The notes beneath the pieces are model-generated. The model was not told where the DNA came from. It did no database searches and saw only the letters and a program-made list of their open reading frames with translations. A stretch of DNA of 62,601 nt, the filler included, from Squatina squatina (Eukaryota), in the NCBI GenBank assembly GCA_031763465.1. It is 4 parts of 4 records of this genome, joined end to end, with 100 filler letters (N's around TTAATTAATTAA, not from the genome) between each part and the next. Parts side by side here need not be neighbours in the genome. Positions count along the whole stretch, not along the records: positions 50,111 to 62,601 come from JARFOE010000057.1; 3 more parts are not named here. One strand, 5' to 3'. Position numbers and translations under genes: made by a program. Below are positions 61,141 through 62,601 of this stretch, one piece after another (within the stretch, counting starts at the first letter, position 1; each line of letters begins with the position of its first letter).

Positions 61141-61351
61141 AAGAAAGATTTACATTTATGTAGCACTTTTCACAATGACTGGACATCCTAAAGCACTTTA
61201 TAGCCAAATGAAGTACTTTTTGGAGTGTAGTCACTGTTGTAATGTAGGAAACACGGCTGCCAATTTTCACTCAGCAAGCTCCCACAAACAGCAATGTGAT
61301 AATGACCTATTAATCTGTTTTGTTATGTCTATTGAGGGATAAATATTGGCC
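61141..61351 (-). mobile_element. DeuSINE/SacSINE1-like SINE 3' half
   Basis: Reverse complement of the 7259-7472 element (gtagtcactgttgtaatgtaggaaacacggctgccaatt...gcaagctcccacaaacagcaatg...gagggataaatattggcc). Confidence 0.82.
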
Positions 61352-61461
61352 NNNNNNNNNNNNNNNNNNNNNNNNNNNNNNNNNNNNNNNNNNNNNNNNN
61401 NNNNNNNNNNNNNNNNNNNNNNNNNNNNNNNNNNNNNNNNNNNNNNNNNNNTCGTGCCATA

Positions 61462-62601
61462 TTGCATGCAAACGCAAGCTCATCACCCTTGTGCATTCCC
61501 TTAGTGCTTGTCCTCCATGTGCCTTTGCCTGTCCTAGTGCTCCTATGCAGTGCTACCTCAGTGGCTGCAGCATGGCCGGTGAGAGGCTGCTGACTTTTCA
61601 GTGGAGGAAACTGCAGATAGCATTGGAAGATGACCTCGAGCAACTCTGGGCCTAGAAGGCCAGGCGGCAGCAGTCTGGGCTGGCTGGCTGACAGGGAACA
61701 GCAAGGACACTGGCAGAGTGGCAGTGGTGGGAGAACTGCAGCAGAATTCGTGTGAGTCCTCACCCTCCAGTGAGCTGGCACCTGCACTATCCTTGCCCCT
61801 GCTCTGGCTGTAGGCCATGCCACGTGCAGATCCCGCCTCTAAGCTGTCCTCTAAATTACACGCAGTGTCAGTATCTGAACTGGTGGATGTAAGTGTTAAA
61901 TTGAGTGACGGTGTGTCTTCACCATCACTGTCGTCTTGCTCTATGTCCACTGCCTGCCCGGGTTGCAGTTCTTGGGTGTCTAAAAGGAGAAATGTAAAAG
62001 GGTATGGTTGTGGTGAGGGGATGGGGGGAAAGTAAGAGCTGCATGCTTACACCAACTGCAGCTTATAAATCAAAAGCGATCGTAGGAGGAAGTGGGATGT
62101 GAGAAGGAGCATTATGAATGAGGATACCGTCATCTTCGATGGTTTCAACTGCACTGCTGGCCTTGGCCTCAGCAATGGCCATCATATATCTTCCATGATG
62201 ATGCAGTCACACCTGTCCCCGCCGGTTAGCTCCTGTTGCCACCGGGTGTGCACCACCTTGTCCTGCAAGAGACCGGGAAGTGTGTCAGTGAGTGTTGTGT
62301 AATCTGTTTGAGTGATGTGGCTGTCAGGGTTGACCAGCTGGCAGTGTGTGCAACCTGTGAGATATGGGTGTGAGGGTAGGGTGAAGCTATGAATATTATA
62401 TATGACTCCTGATTGATAGCGATTGCTGGTAGGTGAGTGATGGGGTGTGGTGATTTTAGCAGTAGCTGAGGTTACTGTTGGATATGGCATTTGGAGGTGC
62501 ATTCACTGACCTTGAACATTTATGTGAGGTCAGTGAACTTGCAGCACTGCATCCAGATCCTCGGAACTTAACTCCTGGCATTGACCTCCACGGCTATCTG
62601 C
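61462..62601 (-). mobile_element. Harbinger/PIF transposon remnant: intron-containing Myb/SANT-like gene, pseudogenised
   Basis: Minus strand QIAVEVNARS*VPRIWMQCCKFTDLT*MFK|gtcagt, then cttgcag|DKVVHTRWQQELTGG, then an acidic Ser/Thr-rich segment DIEQDDSDGEDTPSLNLTLTSTSSDTDT. Confidence 0.75.

Overview
Vertebrate genomic DNA, very probably cartilaginous fish (shark/ray), judging from the CR1, L2, RTE, DeuSINE-like and Harbinger repeats and the divergence of the exons. The assembly is heavily fragmented: contigs of about 0.6-3 kb joined mostly by uniform 100-N gaps. Three identical artificial spacers (44N-TTAATTAATTAA-44N at about 13.3, 30.2 and 50.1 kb) split the window into four scaffolds that are probably unlinked. 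Scaffold 1 has two SLC16A4 (MCT5) exons. Scaffold 2 has exons of GSAP (+), CCDC146 (-), FGL2 (+) and LRRC17 (+), in the same order and orientation as the mouse locus. Scaffold 3 has an LRRC59 exon and, unexpectedly, a CNGB1-like pore/S6 exon on the opposite strand of the same contig. Scaffold 4 has no host exon I can recognise. Gene and repeat names come from recalled sequences, not database searches, and repeat boundaries are approximate. I found no convincing new biological system. The best leads are the CNGB exon beside LRRC59, gap-free interruptions of the FGL2 and LRRC17 exons, several orphan exon candidates and a palindromic minisatellite; several of these may be misassembly.
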